Assembly (NCBI GenBank): GCA_964016885.1
Contig: OZ024743.1
Span: forward strand, 222,642,001-222,706,000
DNA length: 64,000 nt
Origin: Eledone cirrhosa
Taxonomy: Eukaryota
Reading direction: 5' to 3'
In this document: piece after piece, positions 26,017-39,317 of the stretch
Position numbering within the stretch: position 1 is the stretch's first letter
How the letters are laid out: every line of letters starts with the position of its first letter
The notes under the pieces: model-generated
Told to the model about the DNA's origin: nothing
The model's database searches: none
What the model saw: the letters and a program-made list of their open reading frames with translations, nothing else
Program-made: the position numbers and the translations under genes

Positions 26017-26340
26017 AGCTTGCATGCTTCGATGGATGTGTAATAGTAATATACATGAACGGCAAAGCATAAATGAACTGAGAAAGAAGCTAGATATTAG
26101 AGGGATCAGATGCAGTGTGCAGGAGAAAATATTGTATTGGTATGGACATGTGATGCGTATGAAAGATGACAGCCGTATAAATAGGTGCAGGGTGCTCAAA
26201 GTTGATGGAAGCTATGGAGTAAAAAGATTTGGAATGCAGTGATAAAAGCTGACATTGCACCTCTGAAAGGCGATGACACAGGATCAAGATCTCTGGCGTT
26301 ATGCAGTAATACAGAAGACCCATCTTCCCATGTGCACAGG
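26017..26340 (+). pseudogene. RTE ORF C-terminal fragment
   Basis: ACMLRWMCNSNIHERQS..YWYGHVMRM; similar to 17720-18040. Confidence 0.8.
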
Positions 26341-26460
26341 TTGAAGTATGTACCTAGTATGCATCACTTTCTCCTCTCTTTCCCGCTTCTACTTCATCAG
26401 AAACAACGGAATTATTCCGTTTACTAACAGATAAATATTATTTTATATTTTCAAAGATGC

Positions 26461-26549
26461 CCCTCTGATGAAACTGAATTCTTCAGGATTGTCTATTTTA
26501 TGTATTAAAATGGTTAATCTTTCCTTGACAACTGAAACCGTGGTAAGGG
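26461..26549 (+). ncRNA. Hammerhead ribozyme with degenerate long stem II
   Basis: CCCT-CTGATGA..GAAA-CCGTGG-TA^AGGG. Confidence 0.6.
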
Positions 26550-28030
26550 CGAGATTAATGGTGAAGCGAACTTATTTTAGATTGCTTTACTAGGAATCTA
26601 CCCATCGCTAACTTGTAAATGTTATTCTACATGTGTATACTTCTCTGAATAGATAATTGTAGCTATCTTTTCTTTGAAATTTTCTCTATATCAGTGACAA
26701 ATAATCTCTTTTTTAATATATATATGGTTTCTTTAGCTTAAATCTGTCTGGCACTTTTAAAAACTAATTCATTTTTCCTGTCGAATATAAGGATTTTGTT
26801 GTAACAATTTAAATATGTCTGCTGGAACAACAGCACTATTTCGATTTGGAGAACTATTTCTAAAGGCTACCTACTACTAGAATTTTTTTTTTTTTTTGCA
26901 GAAAATCATAGATGTTTAAGTTTCCATTTCCAAGGTTGGCACTACCATTAAGTTAACGAGACAGCCATCATAGGCATAGAGCTCAAGGAATTGCGGGGAG
27001 GGGTCATTATTGAACTTTAACGGATCAAATAATGCATCTTGCCTACATTCCTGCACTCTACCAGGTGCTCAGACAGGCCGGCAGCCTACAAGATTCACTT
27101 CCATATGATCCCACGCAGTACAAAATGCCTTTTATCATGATACCAGCGCTTACAGGCTGTCATGTCTTTGACACAGCTGAAGAAGCCTCCCAACCCTTTG
27201 TTTGGCAGATTTTCGATGGTTGGATACCTTTCCTACCAGCAACCGCTTTACAAAGTGTTCTAGGTACCTTTCATGCGTAAATCACCAAAACTAGGAAGGT
27301 TAACTGAAGAATCCTCCTTACCTTTTGTTTGGCAAGTTTTCTACAGCTGGATATCCTTCCTATCACCAACCACTTTACAGAGTGTACTGGGTGTATTTTT
27401 CGTGTAAATCACCAACACTAGGGAGGTTGTCATGGCTTTGTCATAGCTGAAGAGTCCTCCTAACCCTTTGCTTTGGTAGGCTTTCTGTGGCTGAATGCCC
27501 TTCCTATCACCAACCACATTATAGAGTTAATTGAAATTATTTTATTTGGGAGAAGGGGGGATTCACATTATAAGGTTAGCCAAGGGCACTAAATACCTAT
27601 GAACTAGCCCTGTCCATTTCCCTTCCTCTACAAAAAGACTGGGGTTTCATACATGTAGATGCAGCATGACATCTAGGGCAAGTGTCATTTATCATTGCCT
27701 CAGGTCAACCCATGCCTTGTGAGGGAGATTGGGTAGACAGAAACTATTTAGAAGCCTGTTTAAAAATACTTATGGACTGTATCTGTAATTCAAAGAACCA
27801 GCCTTGTTACACACTGTGTGACACTGAATCTTCTTGAGAATTGTGTTAAATATACACGTGTCTGTGGAATGCTCAGCTACTTACTCATTAATTTCATAAG
27901 AGGTTTCTCTATTGATTGAACAACTGGAATAGTCATCATTGAAACTGACGGAGCTTGATTGATTGGGGTTTTATGTCTAATTATGTTTTAATTATGATAT
28001 AATTATGTGTCCTTCATAACACTCCTTTAA

Positions 28031-28663
28031 CCTTTTCAATACCAAATCGCCTGAAACCACTCCTGATACTACAATACTAATCTTTAACCCTTTAGCATTT
28101 CAACCGGCTGTATCCAGCCAGAATTCTCTCACCTCTTTCTGCTCAAACTGGCTGTGACTGGCCACTCATACTGATGTTAAGGTATTGTTCTCAAAATAAA
28201 TAATATCAAAATCTCATAGATTCGATATTATGGGAGATAATGATGTTAGGTAAAGCCTTTACATGAAAATACAATAGTAAATATAGAGTAATAAGGGTTA
28301 AAGTGTTCTTCATCATCATTTTTACATCTGTTTTTCCATGCTTGCATAAGTTAAACCATCCCTCTCTACTATTGCACCTCTCCACTGGTCATCTTATTTA
28401 CAAGCTGTAATTTTCTATGGTTGGCTTTTACCACTTTGGAGGGAAAGTTGATTATATCAACCCTGGTACTTGATTTTATAAATCCTGTAAGGATGAAACA
28501 CAAAGTTGACCCCAGTAGGAATTGAACTCATAATATAATGGGAGATAACTAAATGCTACCAAGATTCTAATGATTCTGCTAATCCACTGTCCTACTAATA
28601 AGATTAACAATTATTTGAAAATCATAGGCAGTGTCTTTCATTAGAAATATGGTAACAAAGGGG
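28031..28663. mobile_element. piggyBac-type MITE containing a nested piggyBac MITE (28088-28297)
   Basis: Both elements have TTAA|CC...GG|TTAA termini. Confidence 0.6.
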
Positions 28664-29699
28664 TTAAAGTGTTTATATCTATCTAAGAACCTTCAATTAT
28701 AAATTTTTAAGTAATAAACTTTAAATCAAGTTCTAAATACTACTAGCCTAATAACAAAATAGTTAGTTATATTACTAAATCCTTTCAATTACTTGATTAT
28801 TTTCATAATTATTTAAAAATTATAAGCAGTGTCATTCTTGAAAAATATAGTAAGAACAACATTTCTTTGTGTAATCTGTTTCTATGTCATCTCATCTGTG
28901 GGGCTAAACATTCTCATATCTTATCTAAACAGTTTCTCCTATATCATCCTTAGTATATTTTAAAATCAAGGTACTCTGTACTATAGAATACAGCCTCTCT
29001 TTGTGTAACTTCGTCATATGTCATCTCATCTGTAGGGAGTAAATATTCTCAGATGTAAGCTAAATTACATCTTTTGTCTTTTTAATCTTTTTTTTTCTGT
29101 TGGTACTCTTTACCATTATTAACTCTTGGTGGTGGATTAGCAGTATCGGTAGAGAGTCGGACACCATGCTTTGCAGTATAGAGTTACACCCCTTTACAGT
29201 CTGAGTTCAAATCCTGCTGAGGTTAACTTTGCCTTTCATCCTTAAATAAAGCATCCTTAAATCGATAAAATAAAGCACCAGTAATGCACTGGGATAATTG
29301 CTGGCCCTCTGCTAAAAGTAGAAACAATTATTTATTCTTGGCATCCCTTCACTCTTCAACAACAAGCGTTTTTATGTCATTTCCCTGGCTAAAGCAAGGA
29401 TTAGCAATGTGAACCCTTTGATAGACTCCATATTCATGAGATTCTTTTTCAGGCAATGTTTGACAGCTGGATGCCTTCCTTAGCACCAAACCTTTTAGTC
29501 ACCTCTAAACCAGATAACATAGATACATCTATGTTCACACTACTGTAACTATTTCTCATGAAACATTTGACACCACAGAATAAATGAGAAGTAAATACTT
29601 GACGTGACAATAAAGTCTTTAGAATAGTTGGCTGTGTGCCGTATATAGCAGTAAATGTAGTTAATATTAGTTGGAATTTGAACTTTGTTGTACATGTGT

Positions 29700-30070
29700 G
29701 ACATTCTGTATGAATGCTGTATTTTGTCACAGGCCCATGCATAATTATTTTGCTGTCATTCTTGTGAGTTTATAATATATGCATCAAACTGTTCAATCCA
29801 CAAAAGATTTTTTTCCAGGGGAAAAGAGTGGCAATGATGAAACAATCACCCTATAGTCCCAACTTAAATTAGTGCGATCATTGGGTGTTCAAGTTATTAA
29901 AGCAGCATCTTTAAAATTTTGTTTTTGTTTCATTAGAAGAGGTGGTAGATAAATCATTGTGCTGGTTTCGACATTTGCCAAAGGAATGGTTCCAGAAAGA
30001 GTTAAATGCTTTTCATAAGCACTGTAAAGATGTTATTGCATTCAATGAAGATTATGTTTTGCCGAATAAA
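29700..30070 (+). pseudogene. Mariner transposase C-terminal remnant
   Basis: MKQSPYSPNLN*CDHWVFKLLKQHL..F.SLEEV..WF..LPKEWFQ..CKDVI..EDYV; resembles the PYSPDL-x-P-x-D motif. Confidence 0.75.
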
Positions 30071-30139
30071 TACATTTTAATTTCATTGTGCATTTTCATT
30101 TAAAGGGTTATTCTAAAAACTTTATTGCCACACTAAGTA

Positions 30140-31810
30140 TAATAATTGTTTCTACTTTTGGCACAAGGCCAGCAATTACCCATGCATTACTGGTACTTTA
30201 TTTTATCAACCCCGTAAGGATGAAAGGCAAAGTTAACCTCGACGGGATTTGAACTCAGACCGTAAAGGGACGTAAATGGTTCCTAATTTTAGTACAAGAT
30301 GAACAATTGGGGTGGGGGTAGTTGATTATACCAACCCAGTACTTTACTGGTACTTTATTTTATCAACCTGGAAGAACGAAAGACAAAACTGACCTCAATG
30401 GAATTTGAACTCAGCACGTAAAGAACCAGAACATATGACTGAAAGTATTTCATCTGACCAACTAATGATTCTACCAAATATAATGATTTCTACTATAAAC
30501 ACAAGGACAGCAATTTGTGGGGAGAGGAAAGTCAATTAAATTGACCCCAGTGCATTACTGGTACTTTATTTTATCGACCTCGTAAGAATGAAAGGCAAAG
30601 CTAACCTCGGCAGGATTTGAAAGCAGGGCGTAACGGGCCATAACTCTATGTCGCTAAGCATGTTGTCTGGTGCTTTACCAATACTGCCGATCCACCAGCC
30701 TTGATTCCACCAAATATAATAATTTAAAAAATGTCATTTCTAAAAAGCAAAGTTATTAAAATATCTGAAAGAAATTTACAGAGCAAGGGCAGTTTATGTG
30801 AAATATAGGCTGTCCTAGGGTCAAACATCAACAACAGTCAATATACATTCAGTAAATACATGATTTGACACATGATCTTGTGTGTCAACACACATTCTTG
30901 TTTTTGGTGCTGCTTAACCCCAATCCTGTGATTGAAGTCAGTGCAGCCTTGATCAACCCTTCTTGTTCCAGTCTCAATGTATATAGTATTACATTATCTA
31001 ATGCCTGACAAATGACTTAATCATGTGTTGAAACTAAAGCAATTACGTTATGGAACAGTCATTTTAACAGTTCAAAAACATACAGAACAACTGTTCAATT
31101 TCTCATTTACTTCTTGGTGTCAACATTTTTATGGCACAGTGGCTAAAATGACTTTCACAATGTAATTGCTTGCTGATTATTCAATGTGCTTTTTTTTCAA
31201 AAGATGCTAGGGGGTGTAATTAGATTGGCTGATATATCTAAGTAGGTCAAGCTACCACATACAGTCTTCCTGATCTGTTCATGTTGTTGAGCCATCACTA
31301 AACTCTTGTTCTCATTCTCCTAAAAATAAAGCCAGTGTTGTCAATATTTTGTTTTCTTTCATCTTTTTTTACAGGTTTAATAAAGTAATAGAAAAAATAT
31401 TTCAGGCAGAGATGAATTTCTAGCAAAGAATTGAGTAATATGTTTAATGTGTATATAGCTCTTATATGAAAATATATAAGAAGATTTTTAAATAAGTGAT
31501 TTTCTTTCCTAGAACCAATGCTAGTTTTGGTTGGGTTAATGAATTATACTTTAGGCACAAGGCCAGCAATTTTAGGAGAAGGGAATTTGATTAAATCAAC
31601 CCCAGTACTTGACTGGTACTACATTTTACTGATCCTGGAAAGATGAAAGATAAAGTTGATTAAATTGGCTCCAGTGCATTACTGGTACTTTCTTTTATCA
31701 ACTCCTTAAAGATGAAAGGCAAAGCCAAGCTCAGCAGGATTTAAACTTAAAACGTAAAGGGACGCAACTGTATACTGAGAAGCATGCTGTCCGACACTAA
31801 CGATACCGCC
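30140..31810 (-). mobile_element. Cluster of SINE copies (30140-30700 and 31550-31810)
   Basis: Same SINE core as 9040-10430. Further copies at 18969, 25100, 29128, 58930-59470, 61190 and 62155. Confidence 0.75.
31263..31319 (-). CDS. Candidate host exon (ENENKSLVMAQQHEQIRKT)
   Basis: TTTATTTTTAG| ... |GTATGT, 57 nt, open in phase 0. Confidence 0.3.
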
Positions 31811-32032
31811 AAATAATAATAATATATAATAATGAAAATAAAAAAATAATAATAATAAAAACACCATTTTCAGTTAGAAGCAGGAAATATTGATTATTTT
31901 GGTTGGTATCTGCAGCAGGTTAAGACATTATATGTGATTGGAAAATTCTAGAAGATCTGAAAAAAGGGATTCTAAAGAGATCTTAAGGTCCTTCTATGGA
32001 AGTTTATTTGAAGTCTTTTACAAATGACGTTC

Positions 32033-32063
<31 letters not shown>

Positions 32064-32252
32064 CTTCTTCTTCTTCTTCTTCTTCATATTTTAAGTCAAT
32101 GAACTACTTGAAAACCATCATCTTTCTAATCATATAGAAAATATTTCTGATATTAATCTTCTAAACTAGCTTGATAGTACTATTGACTATTGATCTTTCA
32201 GACGCTTCCTCTTGATTTCATTCCAGTTAGTGAAGAAGAGAACAGGCAGCAG

Positions 32253-32323
<71 letters not shown>

Positions 32324-33496
32324 AAAATGGAACGGGAACAAAACAGAGAGGCAGTATAAACATATATATATGTGTAGATATACATATATATGTGCAGCCA
32401 TGAAAAATGATGATGATGATATTGACGATATATATATATATATATATCATTATCATATACAGTTGATGAATGTGTTTTTTTCTTCTTTTTGTACAAAAAT
32501 TTATGAGTTTTGATGTATTTAGTAGCAGAAGGATTTGTACAAATTATATATATATCTGTGTATGTGTGTGTTATCATTATCATGATTTATATATCATATG
32601 TATATGAGTATGTATGTGTATATATATATATATATATATATCATCACCATCATCATCATCGTTTTAATGTCCACTTTCCCTGCTTCCAAGGGTTGGATGG
32701 GTCTATACAAACCAAGTCAGTACTGAAGCAGGGCCACTGAGGCAGGGCCACTGAGGGAGGGCAGGGATCTGTGTCTCGCTTATGTACAGTCTCACAGTCT
32801 ACTGAGTGTTCAGGAGAGGTTTTTATGTCTTTGACATAACTGAGGGTCAGCACAAACCTTTATTTGGCAAGTTTGCTATGACTGGATACTCTTTCTATCA
32901 GCAATCATTTTACAGTGTGTACTGGGTGTGTTTATCGTATAAATCACCACCACTAGGGAGGTTGTCATGTCCTTGACACAACTGAAGGGTCCTCTTTGTC
33001 TGGCAAGCGTTCTATGGCTAGATGCCCTTCCTATCACCAACTACTTTACAGCATGTACTGGGTGCATTTATCATGGAGATCACCAACACTAAGGAGGCTG
33101 TCATGACCATGACATGACTGAAGGGTCCTCCTGACATTTTGTTTGTTTGGCAAATATGTGTGTGTGGGGGTAGGTCGGGGGGGGGGGGGGGGGATAGCGA
33201 TGTTGAGAATAACTGTTAGGGAGTACTAGTGGGAGGGAGGAGGGTAGCTCAGGTCAAATTGAATGCTGCAAGTCAGGTTCCTTCAGCATTGCATAGCGCC
33301 AGCCCTCACTGTCTTTGGTCTTCTCTGTTGTAAGGTTTAGCTTTTTAAGGTCGGTCTTTACAATCTCATCCCATGTCTTCCTGGGTCTACCTATTTCACG
33401 GGTCCCAGCCACTTGGGTTTTTCTGCATTTCTATATGCAGCTGCTATCTTCCATGCACATCACATGTCCATACCAATGCAGTCTTCTCTCTTGCAC

Positions 33497-33545
<49 letters not shown>

Positions 33546-33639
33546 GTATATATATACTGTCTATATATATATATATGTATATATATACTGTCTATATATA
33601 CATATATGTATATATATACTGTCTATATATATATCTCCG

Positions 33640-33978
33640 TCCCACTACCCCCACCCCATCCAACCCAGCCCCTTTCGATGTAAAGTTATGTTGGTACCAC
33701 AACATCCAGTCCGAAACAAATGAGATCGTGTAGGTGTCACGACAAAACAACACACAGTCCACGCTGTAATGTGGCCGTGTAGGTAAGACGGTAAAAACCT
33801 CCCAGTCCACACTGTAAATGTGGTTGGTGTTAGGAAGGGCATCCAGCCGTATAAAACCCGCCAGACAGTCCTATGCGAGCAAGACAACGAATCTTGCCTC
33901 AAGTGGGAAAATTCCCATCCAAACCCATGCAAGTGTGGAAGATGGACGTTAAACGATGATGATGATGATGATGATGAT
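33640..33978 (+). mobile_element. RTE 3' UTR fragment with (GAT)n tail
   Basis: Close match to 18105-18441; a further copy is at 53654-54077. Confidence 0.85.
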
Positions 33979-34129
33979 ATATATATATATAGAGAGAGAG
34001 ATACATAGATATACATACATCCCTCTCTCCTTCTCTCTCCCTCTCTCCATATATATATATATATATATAACACCATCATCAAACGTCATATATATGTGTA
34101 TATAAGTCCAAACATATACATATACACAT

Positions 34130-35307
34130 ACATATAGGGATATAATAGATGTATTCACACATACACACACATACATACATACATACATACATACATACAT
34201 ACATACATACACATGTATATAGGGATATAATAGATGCATTCACACATACACATACACATACATACATACATACATACACACACATGTATATAGGGATATA
34301 ATAGATGTATTCACACATACACATACACATACATACATACATACATACACATACACATGTATATAGGGATATAATAGATGTATACACATGGTGGCTGCCA
34401 ACTCGTTTTCGAGTACGGCCACTACTTTATATCCATGTAGGAGAACCCCTACCGATGCGCTGAACGAGTGTGACTTTTTAGTCCAGCCAGCGACTTGAAA
34501 ACTCTGGTACAAACACTACACCTGTGACAATTATTGACACATAATGCTGGGCCCATGGTACCATGTGACGACAAGTGCAGAGAGATCTCCAGATATAAAG
34601 CAATGCCTGTGCCGTGAAGCTTTTATAGTGAGCAAAGGCACTGCACAAAGCCAGTCCCACTCTCTTAACCAAGATGATATTTACCAAAAAGAAGAACAAG
34701 TCAACATCATTGGATACCATCAGGGTTGCAGGTGTTATATCAGAGTTTTCCTTCTAGAATTCTGCCTTGACAAAGGCTAAGGGGTCATCTCTCCCAGTGA
34801 TTTTGGATGGCCATTGACTCTTAAGAGCTCCTTTGCCCTTTGACAGGTTTTGTTTTTAGTCCTGCAGGATGTCCAAAGTCACCCTCCTCACCAAGAAACC
34901 TTGGTGGGGTTGCCAGTTTAGTCGCCAACGACCCGACCACGAGACAGGTTGTACTGGGATACATGTTACCAGTTGCACCAAGTGGTGACCTGACATAAAC
35001 ATACACATACACATAAACATACACATACATACATACATACATACACATACACATGTATATAGGGATATAATAGATGTATTCACACATACACACACACATA
35101 CATACATACATACATACATACATACATACACATACACATGTATATAGGGATATAATAGATGTATTCACACATACACATACACATACATACATACATACAC
35201 ATGGATATAGGGATATAATAGATGTATTCACACATACACATACATACATACATACATACACATACACATGTATATAGGGATATAATAGATGTATTCACAC
35301 ATACACA

Positions 35308-35339
<32 letters not shown>

Positions 35340-35710
35340 CATACACATGTATATAGGGATATAATAGATGTATTCACACACATACACATACACATACACA
35401 TACATATATACATGTATATAGGGATATAATAGATGTATTCACACATACATACACATACATACATACATACATACATACATACATACATACATACATACAT
35501 ACATACATACATGCATACATACATACATACATACATACACATGTATATAGGGATATAATAGATGTATTCACACACACATACACATACACATACACACATA
35601 TATACATACACATACACATGTATATAGGGATATAATAGATGTATTCACACATACACATACACATACATACACACATACACATACACATACATACACACAT
35701 ACATACACAT
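34130..35710. repeat. Compound satellite: ACATGTATATAGGGATATAATAGATGTATTCACAC separated by variable (CATA/CA)n
   Basis: Direct inspection; interrupted by the element at 34389-34994. Confidence 0.9.
34389..34994 (-). mobile_element. Complete copy of the ~600-bp RTE-like non-autonomous element
   Basis: Near-identical to 4358-4922 plus ~30 extra 5' nt; flanked by ATGT-type repeats. Confidence 0.7.
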
Positions 35711-35916
35711 GGATATGTATCTGGAAAAACTTGAAAGAAATTCTAGTCATAAAACTTACATCATACTTAAGTTCATCTGTGAATATGATGTGTATATTTA
35801 TCTGTGTATGTGTGTATGCATATATATATATATGTGTGTGTACAAGTGTGTGTGTGTGTGCATGTGTGCATGCATATATATATATGTGTGCACATGTGTG
35901 TGTACAAGTGTGTGTA

Positions 35917-35970
<54 letters not shown>

Positions 35971-36176
35971 TGTGTGTGTGTGTGTGTGTGCATGTGTGTA
36001 TGCATATATATATATGTGTATGTGTATGTATATATAAATATATGTACGTGTGTGTGAGTGTATGTTCATACAGAAACATACACAAACTCAATAAATGTTA
36101 AACAAAATGTCAAACTACTACAATAGCCTTTCCCAAACATCAATACTCTAATGGAAAGACACAGAGAGTCACACAG

Positions 36177-39100
36177 ACAGAAGGGAGGAGAGAGGGCACC
36201 CCTGTCGGATGGAGCGGGTGATTTCGAACGGCTCCGAAAGGTTGACTCTAGAGCAGATGCGGCTGCTGTGCATGGCAGTGATCCAGCCCCTGAAAACGGG
36301 TCCGAACCCAGCCGCCGCTAGCACCGCATCCAGGTAACCACTCCCGTTCTGTTGCCAGTTGCAGTAGACCGCCTCGAGGAGATCGGGGAACAAGTCCGGC
36401 ATATTAATATATAGTTCGTAGGGCAGACCATCGAGTCCTGGAGATTTGCATTTGCCGCATAGGCTCAGCACGTCCCCTATTTCAGCAGCTGAGATCGGCC
36501 CGTCGCAGGACCTCGCCTCCCTGTCCGAAAGACGCGGCAGGCCGTCGAGGTATGGACCGAAATCCACATCCCCAACCGGCCTCCCGCTCCTCCCGAACAA
36601 TTGAGCAAAGTGCCTTTGAAAGGCCTCGCACATTTGCTTAGGTTCAAGGATCAACCGTCCATCCTGGTCTTGCAAAGACCGGATAGTGGATTTAATCCCA
36701 CTTTTCGCTTCTGTCACACGGGCCCAGCTAACAGCTTTGGTCCCCTCGTTTCCCAGAGCACGTATTTTGCTTCGGACAACGCAGCCTTCGTGTTTTGCGT
36801 CGAAAAACTGGTTTAAGACCGTTCTCGACGCTTGCACTCTGGCCACGTTGCCGCTTCTCATTGCCTCTTCAACATTAACTACCAACTCCCTTTCCTTCCT
36901 ATTTCTATCTGAGGCTAACTCCTTACTAACTCCTATTGAAACTACTCTAATCTCTCTTTTTAAAGAGCCCCACCACCTGTTGTTGACGATGGCGCCCGTC
37001 AACCGCTCCTTAACTAAGGTTCTAATCCGGTCCCTGTACGCTCGACTTGCCGGTAAGGACAAGTTGAGCTTCCAGTAACCGAGCCCCTGCCTATGCGTTC
37101 TATCAAGGTGGACTACGCAGGTCACTAACTTGTGGTCTGAATAGCCCACCATGAGCATTTCTGGACAACTTAAAAAGTCCCTATCCTTAATTCTAACTAA
37201 GAACCTATCTAGGTACGATCTAGATTGACCACTATTATTTGTCCAAGTCCAGATTGGCACAGTCGGAAAATCTAGTCGGTATCTATCGGCCAGGTCAAAT
37301 CGGCCGATTAACCCCTTAAGGCTGTTACACCCCCCTCTATCGGGACATGCCCCTACATAGTCCCAACGTGCATCTAGGATACCATTCCAGTCCCCCACTA
37401 AAAGCAAGGAGCGGGACGTCCCTAGAAAAGTCTCCAGACGATGGAAGAAGTCCGACCGCATTGCCCCAAAAGGTGCGTATACGGCGACAAGCCTAAAAGC
37501 TTCGCCTTCACCATTGCCAAGGTCCAGAACCACGAATCGACCCTCCGGGTCCAAGTGTACCGTCTGTGTAGCGAGACCCAGATGTTTTTGCAGCAGAACG
37601 ACAACCCCACCCCCACCTCCGGGCTGACAGAGAGATGCGTGCATCTCAAAGTCATCAAAGGTGGGGGCCAGCTGTCGCATGCTGCTGATCCGGGCCTCGC
37701 AAATAACCATCACATTTATACATTTATACAGGTGGGGTTATTTTTGTTTGTGTGGTTTGTGTACGTTTTTTTCTTTTCACTTTTTGGAAGGGAGCCCCCT
37801 CGTCTTCCGACGATATGAGCTCCTCTTCCGTATTGGAGGGGAGGGGTATATCTCCGGGTTGTGTATGAACTGCGTGTGTTTTTGTATTTGTGTTCTGTGC
37901 GGTGGGGCTGGGTGGGACCGTGTTTTGGGTTGTTTTCTTGAGCTGTTGTTGATGTTGTTGTTGTTGTGGTGGTGGTGGTGGTGGTGGTGGTGGTGGTGGT
38001 GGTGGTGGTGTTGTTGGTTTTTGTTGTCGTTGTGGTGGTGATGGTAGTGTATTTTGTTGTTTTTGTGATGGTGGTGCTGGTTGTTTTTGTTGTTGTTGTG
38101 GTGTTTGTAGCAGTGGTTTTTTTGTTGTTAGTAGAGGGCAGGCCGTCCTCATGTGACCTCTGCCAGCGCAGTGGTAACATGAGGGTCTCCTGCCTTCCAC
38201 TGTGATATTTATGAAGGTTCGCCCATCCAGTAGGACTCAGTCGGGTATTCCGGAGATTCTCTCAGGTGTCATCTGTAAGAGAACCTCCAGACTTTTCCCC
38301 CGAACAGTCCACTGGTGGACTCCCCTGCTGAAATAAGTATGTCCTTTTCTAGGTTCGTAAATCCTGTTAGGACGGACCAGATGTTAATTTCTGGCGTTGG
38401 GCTCTACATTCTTATTCTTTGTGTTCTTCTTCCTTTATGTGTGGGGAAGAAGGTGTATTGTGGTGACACTATAGGTGCCACCGAATATTTTTGAGCCAGC
38501 ATTTCGTCCTTCATTCGGACCATAATGCTGGCATACAGCTTTCTTCTTTGAATAAAGAGTATGTCCTTTTTAATGTCTTTCAGAACCAGCTCAATTTGAC
38601 TTTCTGTCAATTGAGCTGGCTTTCTTGTTGCGTTGGTTATAGTCCTGTAGGTTACGGTATTCCTATATACCTGTTGACGCACTTCTTCTGGGGAGTTGAT
38701 CGTAAAAGAACCATCCTCCCCAAAAGATACGTATTTTCTAGCATCTAGCAAATTTCGCTTAGCGTTCGTGATATCTATTGGTTTGTACTCGATAGCTTTC
38801 CTGACCGTTTGGGCAAAAGAAATTTTGTTGTCTTTGTTTGTTGTTGTAATGTTGTTGGTTTCATTATTTGTGGTGTTATTTCTTTCTTCAAAATTAAGTT
38901 TTTCACTTGAATTAATATTCTTTTTTTTTCATTGGAGAGGAGGAGCTGTTCAACAGTTTGTTTGAACTGTTGTTCCCTCTTTCCCGCTTATTTTTTTGGT
39001 AGGCGTGGCGTTCGCTTCCAATATGGCGATATCGTTTTCGACGATATCGTTATCAACGATATCGATAAACATTTCTGAATTAAATATTTTTCACCCCAAA

Positions 39101-39248
39101 AGGGGTGAAAATATATTTACCCTACGTCTACAGTCCCAGACTAGGGGTTAGAGTCAATAATAAAAACAATTCAAATAATTCACTCACAAATATTCCAGGT
39201 AAAAATTCCAAATTGCAGAGCCGATATGAAAGACGTCTACTATCCTCA
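36177..39248 (-). mobile_element. Tx1 LINE copy A: 5' UTR, ORF1, APE and partial RT; internal deletions, 3' half missing
   Basis: ORF1 zinc knuckle CYHCAGRGHMRTAC; ORF2 fragment 36169-37713. Confidence 0.9.
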
Positions 39249-39317
39249 GACAGACAGACAGACACACACACACACACAGAGACAGACAGACAGACAGACA
39301 CAGACAGACAGACAGAC

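Noticed and set aside
26350-26405. CTGATGA on the minus strand as another hammerhead
   Set aside because: No convincing stem II, III or I around the downstream GAAA.
34130-35710. CRISPR-like array (constant ~35-bp repeat with variable-length spacers)
   Set aside because: The spacers are only (CATA/CA)n microsatellite, there are no cas genes, and the context is eukaryotic.
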